DNA of 63,951 nt, counting the filler. It is 7 parts of 7 records of this genome, joined end to end, with 100 filler letters (N's around TTAATTAATTAA, not from the genome) between each part and the next. Parts side by side here need not be neighbours in the genome. Positions count along the whole stretch, not along the records: positions 1 to 9,943 come from SRR20825006_2295; positions 10,044 to 19,104 come from SRR20825006_2298; 5 more parts are not named here. The stretch is one strand, 5' to 3'. Of this stretch, positions 1 to 10,913 are shown piece after piece. The notes beneath the pieces are model-generated. The model was given only the letters and a program-made list of their open reading frames with translations. It was not told where the DNA came from and did no database searches. Made by a program: the position numbers and the translations under genes. Every line of letters starts with the position of its first letter. The stretch's first letter is position 1.

Positions 1-525
1 CATGGTATAAAAGCGTGAGAGCAGGTATAGCAACAGATGATTCTCTTCATCCAGCAGGTAAGTGTTAGCTCCTTGTTCGGTCAGGTATCCTACGACTGTC
101 CTGCTGTAATATGGGGTGTTGTCTATAAGACGGTATAGGGCTGTGGTCATCTCCTTATAACACATCTCTTTTTTAATTACAAAACCCATAGGATGAAGGT
201 TCTTGAACATGTAACGGATATGGAAATGGTCTGTATAACTCGAAAAGATTACTACCCCAATCCTAGGGGGACGTTCATGTAACTTCTTCACCAAAGTATT
301 CCTTGACAACCCCTCCCAATCCGTAGCGGGGAATATAAAAACATCCAGAAAAACCAAATCAATGGAACCGTCATCCATAAAGCTGAGAGCTTGCCCCAGA
401 GTATAGGCCTTGCTTATCTGGAATTGAATCTCTTTTTCCCTTTTAACTTCACGGATTACTCTTTCAAATGTTTCCATTACATGCCAAGGAACATTAATAT
501 ATAATATGTGGTAACTCTTTCTCAT
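1..525 (-). CDS. NarL/LuxR-type response regulator, atypical receiver (3'-truncated by window edge)
   Basis: Not in the ORF track. Manual translation from ATG 525 is open to position 1: MRKSYHILYINVPW...SIDLVFLDVF...VVIFSSYTD...PMGFVIKK...YYSRTVV...LLDEENHLLLYLLSR, i.e. receiver fold followed by the start of a LuxR HTH. Confidence 0.75.
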   Translation of the reverse strand, partial: MRKSYHILYINVPWHVMETFERVIREVKREKEIQFQISKAYTLGQALSFMDDGSIDLVFLDVFIFPATDWEGLSRNTLVKKLHERPPRIGVVIFSSYTDHFHIRYMFKNLHPMGFVIKKEMCYKEMTTALYRLIDNTPYYSRTVVGYLTEQGANTYLLDEENHLLLYLLSRFYTM

Positions 526-1281
526 ATCCCACCTTTCTATTGACTTTATATTTTATAGAATAGTAAAATTTAAAATTAATAAGTCCGAACGCAGCCCAGG
601 TAGCCGTTATGGATAAAAAAAGTATACATTTAGTCTACTTTGAAAGACTCCGTTTATACCTTCAGTGATCTTCATATTTACTTCTTTCCATTTTGAGGCA
701 TTTCAGTATGACAGAAACCGTTTCCCTTGTAAAGTGCGGTCTGGGGCTCAAAAAGGGGCATATCAATGACCTATCCATACCACTCTTTTATACATGTACC
801 CTTTGATCCAGTGGTTCTCTAAAGCGTTATTCATAGCATCAAAATTTAACATATGGTATGTTATATTTTTATAGGTCGGGGGCATAATGCCCATTCCCTG
901 TTCTTGGGCTAATGAAAAAATCGTAAAGGGTGCATTCCATATATCAAATGGAACAATTCCAGATAGCTAATATGTTTAATTTTCATCAAATACTAAATGT
1001 CAAAATCTGGCTATTTTTTATAAAAATCTGGAATTTTGACCGTACCCCATTATTTAAAGTTGCATCAGATCCGTTTGGATATCTGCACTTCACTGGATTT
1101 CAATGATAAAATTAAGGAGGTAAACATGTCTGTAAGGGATTAAAATGTATCTGAGAGGGATTATTTTAATCAAATTCATGAAAAATTCATGGCTTTTTGG
1201 TATCATACCAAAATGTATAAAATATTGGCTGCAAATACTTACCTGAATCTTTAAAAGCATTAATTTTTTATAGGAATGAAA

Positions 1282-2274
1282 TTACCCTTTTGTGTGACTC
1301 CTAAAGTCGCGATGTTCTTTTTTATAAAGTTCTGCTTCAGGCAAATTTTTAAAATAATCATAGGTAATTTTCATCCCTTCTGTTCTTGAAGTTTTTGGCT
1401 CCCATTCTAATACTTCTCTTGCTTTGGTAATATCTGGTCGCCGTTGTAGTGGATCGTCTGTAGGTAAAGGCTTATATACTATTTTTTGATCTGTTCCTGT
1501 AAGTTTTATAATTTCTTCAGCAAAATCTTTAATAGAAATTTCAGTAGGGTTTCCAATATTTACTGGCTCGTGATAAGTACTCATTAAAAGTTTATAAATT
1601 CCTTCTATTTGGTCGTTCACAAAACAGAAAGAGCGTGTCTGACTTCCATCTCCAAAAACGGTTAAATCTTCTCCTCTCAATGCTTGTCCTATAAAAGCTG
1701 GAATTACGCGTCCGTCATTGAGACGCATTCTTGGTCCATAAGTGTTAAAAATACGGGCAATACGCGTATCCACTCCATGAAAACGATGATATGCCATTGT
1801 GATTGATTCCATAAAGCGTTTTGCCTCATCATAAACACCACGAGGTCCTACGGGACTCACATTTCCGTAATATTCTTCTGTTTGGGGGTGCACCAATGGA
1901 TCTCCATACACTTCGGAAGTCGATGCTACCAGAATTCTAGCTTCTTTATCCTTGGCTAATCCTAATAAATTATGTGTTCCTAGAGCTCCTACTTTTAATG
2001 TTTGAATTGGAATTTTTAAATAGTCAATGGGGCTAGCAGGAGAAGCAAAATGTAAAATAAAATCTAAAGTTCCAGAAATATCAACATATTTAGTTATATC
2101 ATGATGGATAAACTCAAAATACTCACTGCTTCTTAAATGTTCTATATTTTTTAAATCGCCAGTAATTAAATTATCCATTCCAATAACATACATGCCTTCG
2201 GCAAGAAACCGATCGCAAAGATGAGATCCTAAGAAACCTGCTGCTCCAGTAATTAAAATTCGCTTCTTTTCCAA
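1282..2274 (-). CDS. UDP-glucuronate decarboxylase (UDP-xylose synthase) family SDR
   Basis: GAAGFLG NAD motif, [30 protein letters not shown]. Confidence 0.92.
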   Translation of the reverse strand: MEKKRILITGAAGFLGSHLCDRFLAEGMYVIGMDNLITGDLKNIEHLRSSEYFEFIHHDITKYVDISGTLDFILHFASPASPIDYLKIPIQTLKVGALGTHNLLGLAKDKEARILVASTSEVYGDPLVHPQTEEYYGNVSPVGPRGVYDEAKRFMESITMAYHRFHGVDTRIARIFNTYGPRMRLNDGRVIPAFIGQALRGEDLTVFGDGSQTRSFCFVNDQIEGIYKLLMSTYHEPVNIGNPTEISIKDFAEEIIKLTGTDQKIVYKPLPTDDPLQRRPDITKAREVLEWEPKTSRTEGMKITYDYFKNLPEAELYKKEHRDFRSHTKG

Positions 2275-2364
2275 TTCTATTATTTTGAAGACGAAGATAC
2301 TTAAAAAATTGTTTCTTTTTAATTGGGGTTTCTTGATATATAGCCCCTCTTTAAAGAAAAGAAA

Positions 2365-2496
2365 TTGTCTAAAAGTATCTATAGTATAATCTATACGTCA
2401 TCCTGAGCTTGTTGAAGGATTATTTTGATTATATGTTGTTTAAAAACTTCAACAAGCTCCTTTAGACAAGTACAGATTGCTTTTTAGAGAGCCTCT
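2365..2496. repeat. REP/REPIN-like nested inverted repeat
   Basis: GAGCTTGTTGAAG (2405-2417) / CTTCAACAAGCTC (2447-2459) perfect 13-bp IR, nested in TTGTCTAAA (2365-2373) / TTTAGACAA (2461-2469). A related copy lies at 9155-9175. Confidence 0.65.
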
Positions 2497-2543
2497 TTTC
2501 CTAGCTTAAATCTTATAATTCTATACTTGTAATGTATATCAGT

Positions 2544-5500
2544 TTACATATTTCTTCTATACTGCCCTCCTACTTCAAACAATGCTTGTGTTATTTGTCC
2601 TAATGAACACACTTTAGTTGCTTCCATCAAAGCTTCAAATACATTTTTATTCTGAATAGCTGCTGCTTGTATTTTAGCAATCGCATCTTTTGATTCTTCA
2701 CTATAAATGCTATGAAGCTTTTCTAAAGTAGCTATTTGTAATTGTTTTTCCGTTTCTGTTGCACGGATTACTTCCGAAGGAATTACTGTAGGAGAACCTT
2801 TACTACTTAAAAAAGTATTCACTCCAATAATTGGGTATTCTCCTGTATGCTTCAAGGTTTCATAATACAAGCTTTCTTCTTGAATTTTTGACCTTTGGTA
2901 CATGGTTTCCATTGCTCCTAATACGCCTCCACGTTCTGTAATTCTGTCAAATTCTTTTAACACAGCTTCTTCCACCAAATCGGTTAATTCTTCTATAATA
3001 AAGCTCCCTTGAATAGGATTTTCATTTTTTGCCAAGCCTAATTCTTTATTGATAATAAGCTGAATTGCCATTGCACGGCGCACAGAATCTTCTGTAGGTG
3101 TGGTTATTGCCTCATCGTATGCATTGGTATGTAATGAATTACAATTGTCGTAAATAGCGTACAGTGCTTGAAGCGTTGTTCGGATATCATTGAAATCGAT
3201 TTCCTGCGCATGTAAAGACCTACCTGAAGTTTGGATATGGTATTTTAACATCTGTGAACGTGCATCGGCACCATACTTTTCTTTTAATGCTTTTGACCAA
3301 ATTTTACGAGCTACTCTTCCAATTACGGCATATTCTGGGTCAACTCCATTGGAGAAGAAGAAAGATAAATTAGGCCCAAACTTATTAATATCCATTCCTC
3401 TACTCAAATAATACTCCACATAAGTGAATCCGTTTGCTAAAGTAAATGCTAATTGGGTAATAGGATTAGCGCCAGCTTCCGCAATATGGTAACCAGAAAT
3501 TGATACGGAATAAAAGTTACGAACATTGTTTTCTATAAAGTATTCTTGCACATCTCCCATTAATCGCAATGCAAATTCGGTAGAGAAAATACAGGTATTT
3601 TGCGCTTGATCTTCTTTTAAAATATCGGCTTGAACCGTTCCACGAACCTGTGCTATAGTTTTTTCTTTAATTTCTTGATACACATGTTTTGGAAGCACCA
3701 TATCTCCAGTAACCCCTAAAAGCATGAGTCCGAGTCCGTCGTTTCCTTCTGGCAACCCTACTTCATCTGCGCCTTCATTACGAGAAAAACTCTGATATTT
3801 TGGGGGTTCACTATTTTTTTGCTGATAAATTGCCTTGATTTTCGCTTTAACCTCTTTTTCTAAACCATTTTCTTTGATATAGATTTCACACTGCTGATCT
3901 ATGGCTGCATTCATAAAAAAGCCTAATAACATCGGCGCAGGTCCATTAATAGTCATACTTACCGAAGTCATAGCATCTGCTAAATTAAAGCCAGAATACA
4001 ATTTCTTAGCATCATCTAAGCAGCAAATGGAGACTCCTGCATTCCCTATTTTTCCGTATATATCTGGACGATGGTCGGGATCGTTCCCATATAAGGTAAC
4101 AGAATCAAAAGCAGTGGACAAACGTTTTGCAGGCATTCCTAAACTTACGTAATGGAAACGTCTATTGGTTCGTTCTGGTCCTCCTTCTCCAGCAAACATC
4201 CGTGTAGGATCTTCCCCTGTACGTTTGAAAGGGTATAAACCTGAAGAATACGGAAATTCCCCCGGCACATTTTCTTGTAAAACCCAACGTAAAATATCGC
4301 CCCAAGCTTGGTATTTTGGCAATGCTACTTTTGGAATTTGCGTGTGAGATAACGACTCGGTATGCGTTTGCATACTAATTTCTTTGTTTCTAACTTTAAA
4401 AGTATATAATGGTGCTTTGTACTTGGCAACCTTATCTTTCCAACTTAAAATTGTCTCCCAATGATGAGGGTCTAAATTAAGCTTTACCCTATCAAATTCG
4501 CCTACCAAAAGTTTAACAAATTCGGATTGCTTATTATCTTCCGAAGAAATTTCAACTCCATGCTTCGATAAGCTCAAATTTGTATTGGTAACGCTACATA
4601 AGGTTTGATAAATGCCATATAGCTTTTGAGCCACTTCTACCTGCTCATCCACTTTCTTGTCGTAAGCGCGATTATTCTCAGCAATTTCCGATAAATACCT
4701 AGTTCTATTTGGAGGAATTACAAATACTTTTTCACTCATTTCTGAAGAAATCTCAAAACTCGATTTTAAACGAGCGTCAGTTTTTTCTTCAATCTTTTTC
4801 ATTATTTCTTTGTAAAGTGTATTCATACCGGGGTCGTTAAACTGCGCGGCTATGGTACCAAATACAGGAATATCATCTGCTTTAGCTTCCCACATTCCAT
4901 GATTGCGCTGGTATTGTTTCTTTACATCTCTGAGTGCATCTAGCGCCCCACGTTTATCAAATTTATTGATGGCCACCAAATCGGCAAAATCGAGCATATC
5001 AATTTTTTCTAACTGCGTGGCTGCACCAAATTCTGGAGTCATTACATATAAGGATACATCCGAATGATCTAGAATTTCGGTATCGCTTTGTCCTATTCCA
5101 GATGTCTCCAATATGATTAAATCGTATTCAGCAGCTTTTAAAACCTCTACAGCTTCAGCAACATGTCTCGACAGCGCTAGATTTGATTGCCTCGTTGCCA
5201 AGCTACGCATATATACTCGTGGATTATTAATGGCATTCATCCGAATACGATCTCCTAACAAAGCGCCTCCAGTTTTTCTTTTGGAGGGATCTACAGAAAT
5301 AATTCCAATTTTTTTATCATCAAAATCGTTTAAAAATCTACGTACCACCTCATCTACCAAACTACTTTTCCCAGCACCACCAGTACCTGTAATTCCTAAG
5401 ACAGGGATAGCCCCTCCTGACCTCCCCGAAGGAGAGGAATTCTTCATTTTTTCAAATTCTTTAAGAAATATATCGTGGTTATTTTCAGCTAGTGTAATAA

Positions 5501-6017
5501 GTCTTGCTATAGTATTGATATTTTTTTCCTTTAATGCTTCTTCTATTCCCTTCCCCTCGGGAAGGGTTAGGGATGGGTTTGCATAATCAGAATTTTCCAC
5601 CAAATGATCTATCATTCCTTGTAATCCTAATTCCCTTCCATCATCTGGAGAATAAATCTTAGATACACCATAATCCATTAATTCTTTTATTTCCTCCGGA
5701 AGAATAACACCCCCGCCACCACCAAAAATCTTGATATGCGAAGCACCACGCTCTTGAAGCAAATCGTGCATATATTTAAAATACTCATTATGCCCTCCTT
5801 GATAAGAAGTCAACGCTATAGCATTTGCATCTTCTTGGATAGCAGTATTTACCACTTCCTCAACACTTCTGTCGTGTCCTAAATGGATTACTTCCACTCC
5901 AGTTGCTTGGATAATACGGCGCATAATATTTATGGTAGCATCATGACCGTCAAAGAGGGAAGCTGCAGTTACAATTCTTATTTTATTCTTAGGTATATAT
6001 GAGTTTGATTGCTTCAT
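2544..6017 (-). CDS. icmF: IcmF-type fused cobalamin-binding domain / MeaB GTPase / acyl-CoA mutase
   Basis: DGHD B12-binding motif, [10 protein letters not shown]-loop, [17 protein letters not shown]-terminal mutase barrel ([27 protein letters not shown]); 1157 aa. Confidence 0.85.
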   Translation of the reverse strand: MKQSNSYIPKNKIRIVTAASLFDGHDATINIMRRIIQATGVEVIHLGHDRSVEEVVNTAIQEDANAIALTSYQGGHNEYFKYMHDLLQERGASHIKIFGGGGGVILPEEIKELMDYGVSKIYSPDDGRELGLQGMIDHLVENSDYANPSLTLPEGKGIEEALKEKNINTIARLITLAENNHDIFLKEFEKMKNSSPSGRSGGAIPVLGITGTGGAGKSSLVDEVVRRFLNDFDDKKIGIISVDPSKRKTGGALLGDRIRMNAINNPRVYMRSLATRQSNLALSRHVAEAVEVLKAAEYDLIILETSGIGQSDTEILDHSDVSLYVMTPEFGAATQLEKIDMLDFADLVAINKFDKRGALDALRDVKKQYQRNHGMWEAKADDIPVFGTIAAQFNDPGMNTLYKEIMKKIEEKTDARLKSSFEISSEMSEKVFVIPPNRTRYLSEIAENNRAYDKKVDEQVEVAQKLYGIYQTLCSVTNTNLSLSKHGVEISSEDNKQSEFVKLLVGEFDRVKLNLDPHHWETILSWKDKVAKYKAPLYTFKVRNKEISMQTHTESLSHTQIPKVALPKYQAWGDILRWVLQENVPGEFPYSSGLYPFKRTGEDPTRMFAGEGGPERTNRRFHYVSLGMPAKRLSTAFDSVTLYGNDPDHRPDIYGKIGNAGVSICCLDDAKKLYSGFNLADAMTSVSMTINGPAPMLLGFFMNAAIDQQCEIYIKENGLEKEVKAKIKAIYQQKNSEPPKYQSFSRNEGADEVGLPEGNDGLGLMLLGVTGDMVLPKHVYQEIKEKTIAQVRGTVQADILKEDQAQNTCIFSTEFALRLMGDVQEYFIENNVRNFYSVSISGYHIAEAGANPITQLAFTLANGFTYVEYYLSRGMDINKFGPNLSFFFSNGVDPEYAVIGRVARKIWSKALKEKYGADARSQMLKYHIQTSGRSLHAQEIDFNDIRTTLQALYAIYDNCNSLHTNAYDEAITTPTEDSVRRAMAIQLIINKELGLAKNENPIQGSFIIEELTDLVEEAVLKEFDRITERGGVLGAMETMYQRSKIQEESLYYETLKHTGEYPIIGVNTFLSSKGSPTVIPSEVIRATETEKQLQIATLEKLHSIYSEESKDAIAKIQAAAIQNKNVFEALMEATKVCSLGQITQALFEVGGQYRRNM
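5410..5577. repeat. Two REP-like palindromes inserted in frame inside icmF
   Basis: CCCCTCCTGACCTCCCCGAAGGAGAGGAAT (5411-5440, +) and its inverted relative at 5545-5577, which holds the perfect hairpin CCCTTCCC-CTC-GGGAAGGG. Confidence 0.7.
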
Positions 6018-6330
6018 TTGTAATAAGATGTGTTTTATACGTACGCAATTTACAGAATTTGCATAAAAAAGGGGCTTATTTTAAGAATAAGTTAATCCTA
6101 TTTTCTTACGTTGTAATTCTACTCAAACTTAAGGAAAATCCTAAAGTCTTTTTATAACATTTTTCAACAATAAGTAACTATAAAACTTAAGAAACCATAT
6201 GCATAATAATCTAAAAGCTATTATTTTTGAAAGAAAAAGATACTCAGTGCATTACGTCTGAATATTACAAATAATAAATTAACCAAACACCTGGTAGCAC
6301 GTCCATTTTTGGAAAGCTATTTTTAAAAAT

Positions 6331-7185
6331 ATGGCAAAAATAACAATACTCATTCACTGTAAAGATACATCGGGAATTATAGCATCGGTAACCAACTTTA
6401 TCCATAAAAACCATGGAAATATTGTGTATATCGACCAACATGTAGATAGACAGAACACTACTTTTTTTATGCGATGCGAAAGCGTATTCAACCCAAAAAC
6501 CTTTCATTACGAAAATTTTAAATCGGTTTTCCAAGAGTTGATTGCAGAAAAATATGAAATGGAATGGCAGGCATATACAGATGACTACAAACCTAAAATG
6601 GCAATTTTTGTCTCGAAATACGATCATTGTTTGTACGATATTTTAGGTCGCTATAATGCTGGCGAACTCAATGTTGAAATCCCATTTATTATTAGCAACC
6701 ATCCCGATTTAAAACATATTTCCGAGAGTTTTAAAATCCCTTTTTACCATGTTCCAGTAACAAAAAATACTAAAGAAATTGCCGAGCAACAGCAATTAAA
6801 ACTATTAGAAGAACACGGAATTGATTTTATAGTATTGGCAAGGTATATGCAAATAGTATCAGAAAAACTTATTGAGCGTTATCAAAATAAAATTATCAAT
6901 ATTCACCACTCCTTCTTACCTGCTTTTGTAGGTGCAAAACCTTACCATTCCGCCTATAAACGCGGGGTTAAAATTATAGGAGCTACTAGCCATTATGTAA
7001 CCGAGGAATTAGATGCAGGCCCTATTATAGAACAAGATGTTGCACGTGTTACACATGCCCATTCTATAGACGATTTAGTTATGAAAGGAAGAGATTTGGA
7101 AAAAATAGTTTTGGCACGGGGAATTAAACTTCATATCGATAGAAAAACGATGGTTTTTAATAACAAAACAATCATTTTTAGCTGA
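6331..7185 (+). CDS. purU: Formyltetrahydrofolate deformylase
   Basis: ACT domain, LARYMQI, INIHHSFLPAF, IIGATSHYVT, GPIIEQ. Confidence 0.95.
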   Translation: MAKITILIHCKDTSGIIASVTNFIHKNHGNIVYIDQHVDRQNTTFFMRCESVFNPKTFHYENFKSVFQELIAEKYEMEWQAYTDDYKPKMAIFVSKYDHCLYDILGRYNAGELNVEIPFIISNHPDLKHISESFKIPFYHVPVTKNTKEIAEQQQLKLLEEHGIDFIVLARYMQIVSEKLIERYQNKIINIHHSFLPAFVGAKPYHSAYKRGVKIIGATSHYVTEELDAGPIIEQDVARVTHAHSIDDLVMKGRDLEKIVLARGIKLHIDRKTMVFNNKTIIFS

Positions 7186-7354
7186 TTCTCAAAGCAGACT
7201 CTTCTAGCGCAACAATTCTAAACAAAATTACCTTCAACTTAATATTTTGGTAATTTCTAGTTAACACTATTTCCTTTCTGTTTATGCAACTTTGTACCAT
7301 CAAAATGAGTTTCATACTTGAATAGTTTGAGTTAGCAGTTAGTTAGTTTAGAAA

Positions 7355-7382
7355 GGCCGATTTTTCCGAATCGGTTTTTTTA
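7355..7382 (+). terminator. Intrinsic terminator
   Basis: GCCGATT-tttccg-AATCGGT stem followed by a T-run. Confidence 0.65.
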
Positions 7383-7518
7383 TGCTTTAAAGTTAATTCC
7401 CTTTATCCAATAAAATGTTTTCAAATACTGAAAAGCATCCTAATATTAAGGGTTAAAAGACATTTTGGAAATATTTTCTCTTTTTTCTTACAGCGAAGCG
7501 GTCTTATATCTTTGTCTA

Positions 7519-8304
7519 CTATATTTTTTTATGCAAACTCTCAAAGTACTTAAATGCATTTTGGAGTCGAGAGCCATACCATGAAAAGTATTCGCCATCC
7601 ACTAAAATAATTTTTACAGAAGGAAGCTCTCGGTGAATTTCATCAATATGTTTTTGCTTAAACGGAAAAGGCTCAGATGACAATAATATGTAATCTATAT
7701 CTTCCATCATTTTCAATTCTGAAAGTAATACTTCTGGATAGCGAGCTTTCTCTCCAAATGCATTTATAAACCTATTCTCTTTCAGCAAAAAATCAATAAA
7801 AGTATTATTACCAGCCACCATCCATGGTTTTCTCCAAATAAAATAAGCCACTTTTTTTTCTGAAGCATCCTTAACAAAAGCTTTAAAACTTTTCCATTCG
7901 CTCGTAATGGTTGTAATTAAATTTTCTGCGGAATTTTCTGCGGAAAATAATTCTCCATATTGTTTAATAAGTGCTAAACTGTCTTGGAGCGTGTAAATAT
8001 CTGAAACATGAACTGTTGAAATCTTCTCTAAAGTCGACACTATTTCCTTAGTATTTTCTTCTTTATTACAAAGAATAACATCTGGCTTAAGCGATTGTAT
8101 AAGTTCGTATTTTACATCTTTTGTTCCTCCAACAACCGTTTTATTCACAAGGGCTCGTTTGGGATGCACGCAAAATTTTGTAACTCCAATAATACGTTCT
8201 TCCAAACCCAAATCGTATAACAATTCGGTTTGCGAAGGCACTAAAGATATAATTCTTTGTGGAGTACTTTTTAGATTAATATGTCGCCCTAATTGATCTT
8301 TCAA
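7519..8304 (-). CDS. BtuF-like periplasmic cobalamin/iron-siderophore binding protein
   Basis: PQRIISLVPSQTELLYDLG, VGGTK, KEEN, LVDGEYFSWYG. Confidence 0.85.
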   Translation of the reverse strand: MKDQLGRHINLKSTPQRIISLVPSQTELLYDLGLEERIIGVTKFCVHPKRALVNKTVVGGTKDVKYELIQSLKPDVILCNKEENTKEIVSTLEKISTVHVSDIYTLQDSLALIKQYGELFSAENSAENLITTITSEWKSFKAFVKDASEKKVAYFIWRKPWMVAGNNTFIDFLLKENRFINAFGEKARYPEVLLSELKMMEDIDYILLSSEPFPFKQKHIDEIHRELPSVKIILVDGEYFSWYGSRLQNAFKYFESLHKKI

Positions 8305-8313
8305 ATTACAGCT

Positions 8314-9123
8314 TTATAAAAAAGAAGCCATTTGTTGCTGCATTTCTAACGCTTTTTCTTTTGCTTTGTCTGCAAAATCTTCTCCATTAGAAGCATATAT
8401 AATTCCTCGAGAAGAGTTTATTAACAAGCCAATATTTTCTGTCATCCCATATTTACAAACATCTTCCAGACTTCCTCCTTGAGCTCCTACTCCAGGAACA
8501 AGTAAAAAACTTTCAGGAACAATTTGTCGAATTTCTTTTAAATATTCAGCTTTTGTAGCGCCCACTACATACATTAAATTTTCAGAGTTTTTGTATGATT
8601 TAGAGGTCTCCAATACTTTTTGATATAAAGGAACTTCTCCTACTTTTAATGTCTGAAAATCAAATGCTCCTTCATTAGAAGTGAGTGCTAAAAGAATGGT
8701 ATGCTTATCTTTAAAAGCTAAGAACGGCTCTACAGAATCCTTCCCCATATAAGGCGCTATGGTAACAGAATCAAACTCCATATCTTCAAAAAAAGCTTTT
8801 GCATACATGGTAGAAGTATTCCCAATATCTCCTCGTTTTGCATCGGCAATGGTAAACAATTCTGGGTAATTCTCATTGATATAATTAATTGTCTTTTTCA
8901 AAGCTTCCCATCCTTTAATTCCAAAAGCTTCATAAAATGCAATATTAGGTTTATAAGCCACAGCCAAATGGTGGGTAGCATCAATAATAGCTTTATTAAA
9001 CTCAAAAATAGGATCTGTTTCCTTCAATAAATGATTCGGTATTTTTTTGATATCAACATCTAAGCCGATACATAAAAATGATTTTTTAGTTCTTATTTGT
9101 TGAATTAATTGTTCTGTTTGCAT
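8314..9123 (-). CDS. pyrF: Orotidine-5'-phosphate decarboxylase
   Basis: [41 protein letters not shown]; start taken at MQTEQ (9123). Confidence 0.93.
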   Translation of the reverse strand: MQTEQLIQQIRTKKSFLCIGLDVDIKKIPNHLLKETDPIFEFNKAIIDATHHLAVAYKPNIAFYEAFGIKGWEALKKTINYINENYPELFTIADAKRGDIGNTSTMYAKAFFEDMEFDSVTIAPYMGKDSVEPFLAFKDKHTILLALTSNEGAFDFQTLKVGEVPLYQKVLETSKSYKNSENLMYVVGATKAEYLKEIRQIVPESFLLVPGVGAQGGSLEDVCKYGMTENIGLLINSSRGIIYASNGEDFADKAKEKALEMQQQMASFL

Positions 9124-9154
9124 TTGTTTTATTTCTGATATAAAAAATGCCATA

Positions 9155-9175
9155 CTTCGACAAGCTCAGCATGAC
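9155..9175. repeat. REP-like element, same family as 2397-2419
   Basis: CTTCGACAAGCTCAGCATGAC; its reverse complement differs from GTCATCCTGAGCTTGTTGAAG at 2 positions. Confidence 0.65.
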
Positions 9176-9222
9176 ATTCTTCATTTAAAATTTATCATTT
9201 AAAATTCAAAATAACATCCAAT

Positions 9223-9942
9223 TTACATTGTTTCACTAGCTTCTTTAAGCTTCTCTGTATTTTCTGTCATTTTAAGTTCTTCCACAATTTTCTGAATATC
9301 GCCATTCATAATATTCGATAAATCGTAAAGGTTTAATCCAATTCTATGATCTGTTACACGCCCCTGCGGATAATTATAAGTTCTAATTTTAGCACTTCTA
9401 TCTCCACTTGAAACCATGCTCTTACGTCTTGCAGAATCCTCCTCTTGCTTTTTAGCCAATTCACGCTCATACAAACGTGAACGAAGTACTTTTATAGCCT
9501 TTTCTAAGTTTTTATGTTGCGATTTTTCATCCTGACAACGCACTTCTATCCCTGTAGGTAAATGCTGTAATTGGATAGCAGAATATGTGGTGTTAACCGA
9601 CTGCCCTCCAGGCCCTGTAGAAGTTGTTCTGATAATTTTTACATCTCCCATATCAAGCTCTACATCAAACTCTTCAGCTTCTGGCAACACCATTACTGTA
9701 GCCGCAGACGTATGCACACGACCTTGGGTTTCTGTTTGAGGTACCCGTTGCACACGGTGTACCCCCGATTCAAATTTTAAAGTTCCGTAGACATTCTCTC
9801 CATTAACCTCAAAAATAATTTCTTTATAGCCTCCAGAAGTTCCTTCATTAAAATCTACCACATTAACTTTCCATCCTCTACTTTCGCAGTATTTGGTGTA
9901 CATTCTATGTAAGTCTCCTGCAAAAATACTAGCTTCATCTCC
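9223..9942 (-). CDS. prfA: Peptide chain release factor 1 (5'-truncated at contig end)
   Basis: [14 protein letters not shown] (PxT motif of RF1), [20 protein letters not shown]. Confidence 0.95.
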   Translation of the reverse strand, partial: GDEASIFAGDLHRMYTKYCESRGWKVNVVDFNEGTSGGYKEIIFEVNGENVYGTLKFESGVHRVQRVPQTETQGRVHTSAATVMVLPEAEEFDVELDMGDVKIIRTTSTGPGGQSVNTTYSAIQLQHLPTGIEVRCQDEKSQHKNLEKAIKVLRSRLYERELAKKQEEDSARRKSMVSSGDRSAKIRTYNYPQGRVTDHRIGLNLYDLSNIMNGDIQKIVEELKMTENTEKLKEASETM

Positions 9943-9943
9943 T

Positions 9944-10043
9944 NNNNNNNNNNNNNNNNNNNNNNNNNNNNNNNNNNNNNNNNNNNNTTAATTAATTAAN
10001 NNNNNNNNNNNNNNNNNNNNNNNNNNNNNNNNNNNNNNNNNNN
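9944..10043. other. Artificial contig linker
   Basis: N-run, TTAATTAATTAA, N-run; 100 nt. Confidence 0.98.
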
Positions 10044-10073
10044 GTGCCGGTTCGATTCCGGCTCCGGGCACCA
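10044..10073 (+). tRNA. 3' end of tRNA-Leu (T-arm, acceptor strand, CCA); left att site
   Basis: GTGCCGGTTCGATTCCGGCTCCGGGCACCA; the first 26 nt are identical to 19079-19104. Confidence 0.85.
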
Positions 10074-10128
10074 TATATATCAACACGTTACAATTTATTT
10101 TTATTTCCTCTGCCACCGCCTCGTCGCC

Positions 10129-10147
10129 ATGTAGACGTTATGTAGAC
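10129..10147 (+). promoter_or_regulatory. Putative integrase arm-type binding sites (left)
   Basis: ATGTAGAC-gtt-ATGTAGAC with 11-nt period; same architecture at 18904-18922. Confidence 0.7.
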
Positions 10148-10285
10148 ACAGGAGCGACTTTCATATCTGGCTGATTATGCGAATACGTCCAAATCTGCTA
10201 CCTTTCATAGCATCGGGTGGAGCACACATATTTTAATCAATTGATTTACAAAAGATAATTGCAATTTATGTGAAGGGAATCCCTA

Positions 10286-10912
10286 GTGTCAGAAATAACC
10301 TCAGAATTTTATCTAACGAACCAAAACACGGATGAAGACGAGAAAGTTGAGATTCATCATGGCCTGTCTGATTTAGATAACCTTTATGCTGATAAAGCAT
10401 GGACACAAGCAAACGCTAATATCTTGGGGGAGATCCTGAAACTGGTTGAAGCTGGTGGCGATATTGAAAGCTTGTTGTCAGAGGTTGATATAGAAGACAA
10501 GCATTGGGAATGGGTTAGAAAGGGATTAGCGCTTAACACAGGAGAATATGAGTGGTTTTATGCAAAAGTTCACGGCTCAGTCGAGGGAATATGTGTAATT
10601 TTTCACCCTCAGCCTAGCCAATTTGATCAAAAAGATATCTTTTACGTGGACTATATAGCGATTGCTCCCTGGAATCGAAAAAATCCCATTTATACCCAGA
10701 AGTTTAGAGGTATAGGCTCGATCCTTATCAAGGAATCTTTAAGGTACTCTGTAGAAAAACTTCAGTACCGACCGGGCTTCAGCTTGCACTCATTGCCTCA
10801 GGCTGTGGGTTATTATGAGAAGATCGGAATGAAAAATTTTGGTGAGGATGAGCAAAAGCAAGGGCTAGTGTACTTCGAAATGAGTGAAGCGAACTCCGAG
10901 ACATTTCTTTAA
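10286..10912 (+). CDS. GNAT family acetyltransferase (putative toxin/effector)
   Basis: YVDYIAIAPWNR, QKFRGIGSILI (motif A), LHSLPQAVGYYEKIGM (motif B); GTG start after GAAGGG. Confidence 0.85.
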   Translation: MSEITSEFYLTNQNTDEDEKVEIHHGLSDLDNLYADKAWTQANANILGEILKLVEAGGDIESLLSEVDIEDKHWEWVRKGLALNTGEYEWFYAKVHGSVEGICVIFHPQPSQFDQKDIFYVDYIAIAPWNRKNPIYTQKFRGIGSILIKESLRYSVEKLQYRPGFSLHSLPQAVGYYEKIGMKNFGEDEQKQGLVYFEMSEANSETFL

Positions 10913-10913
10913 T

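Noticed and set aside
526-1281. Hidden gene in the long intergenic region
   Set aside because: Only short (<40 aa) unrecognisable frames and weak imperfect repeats were found.
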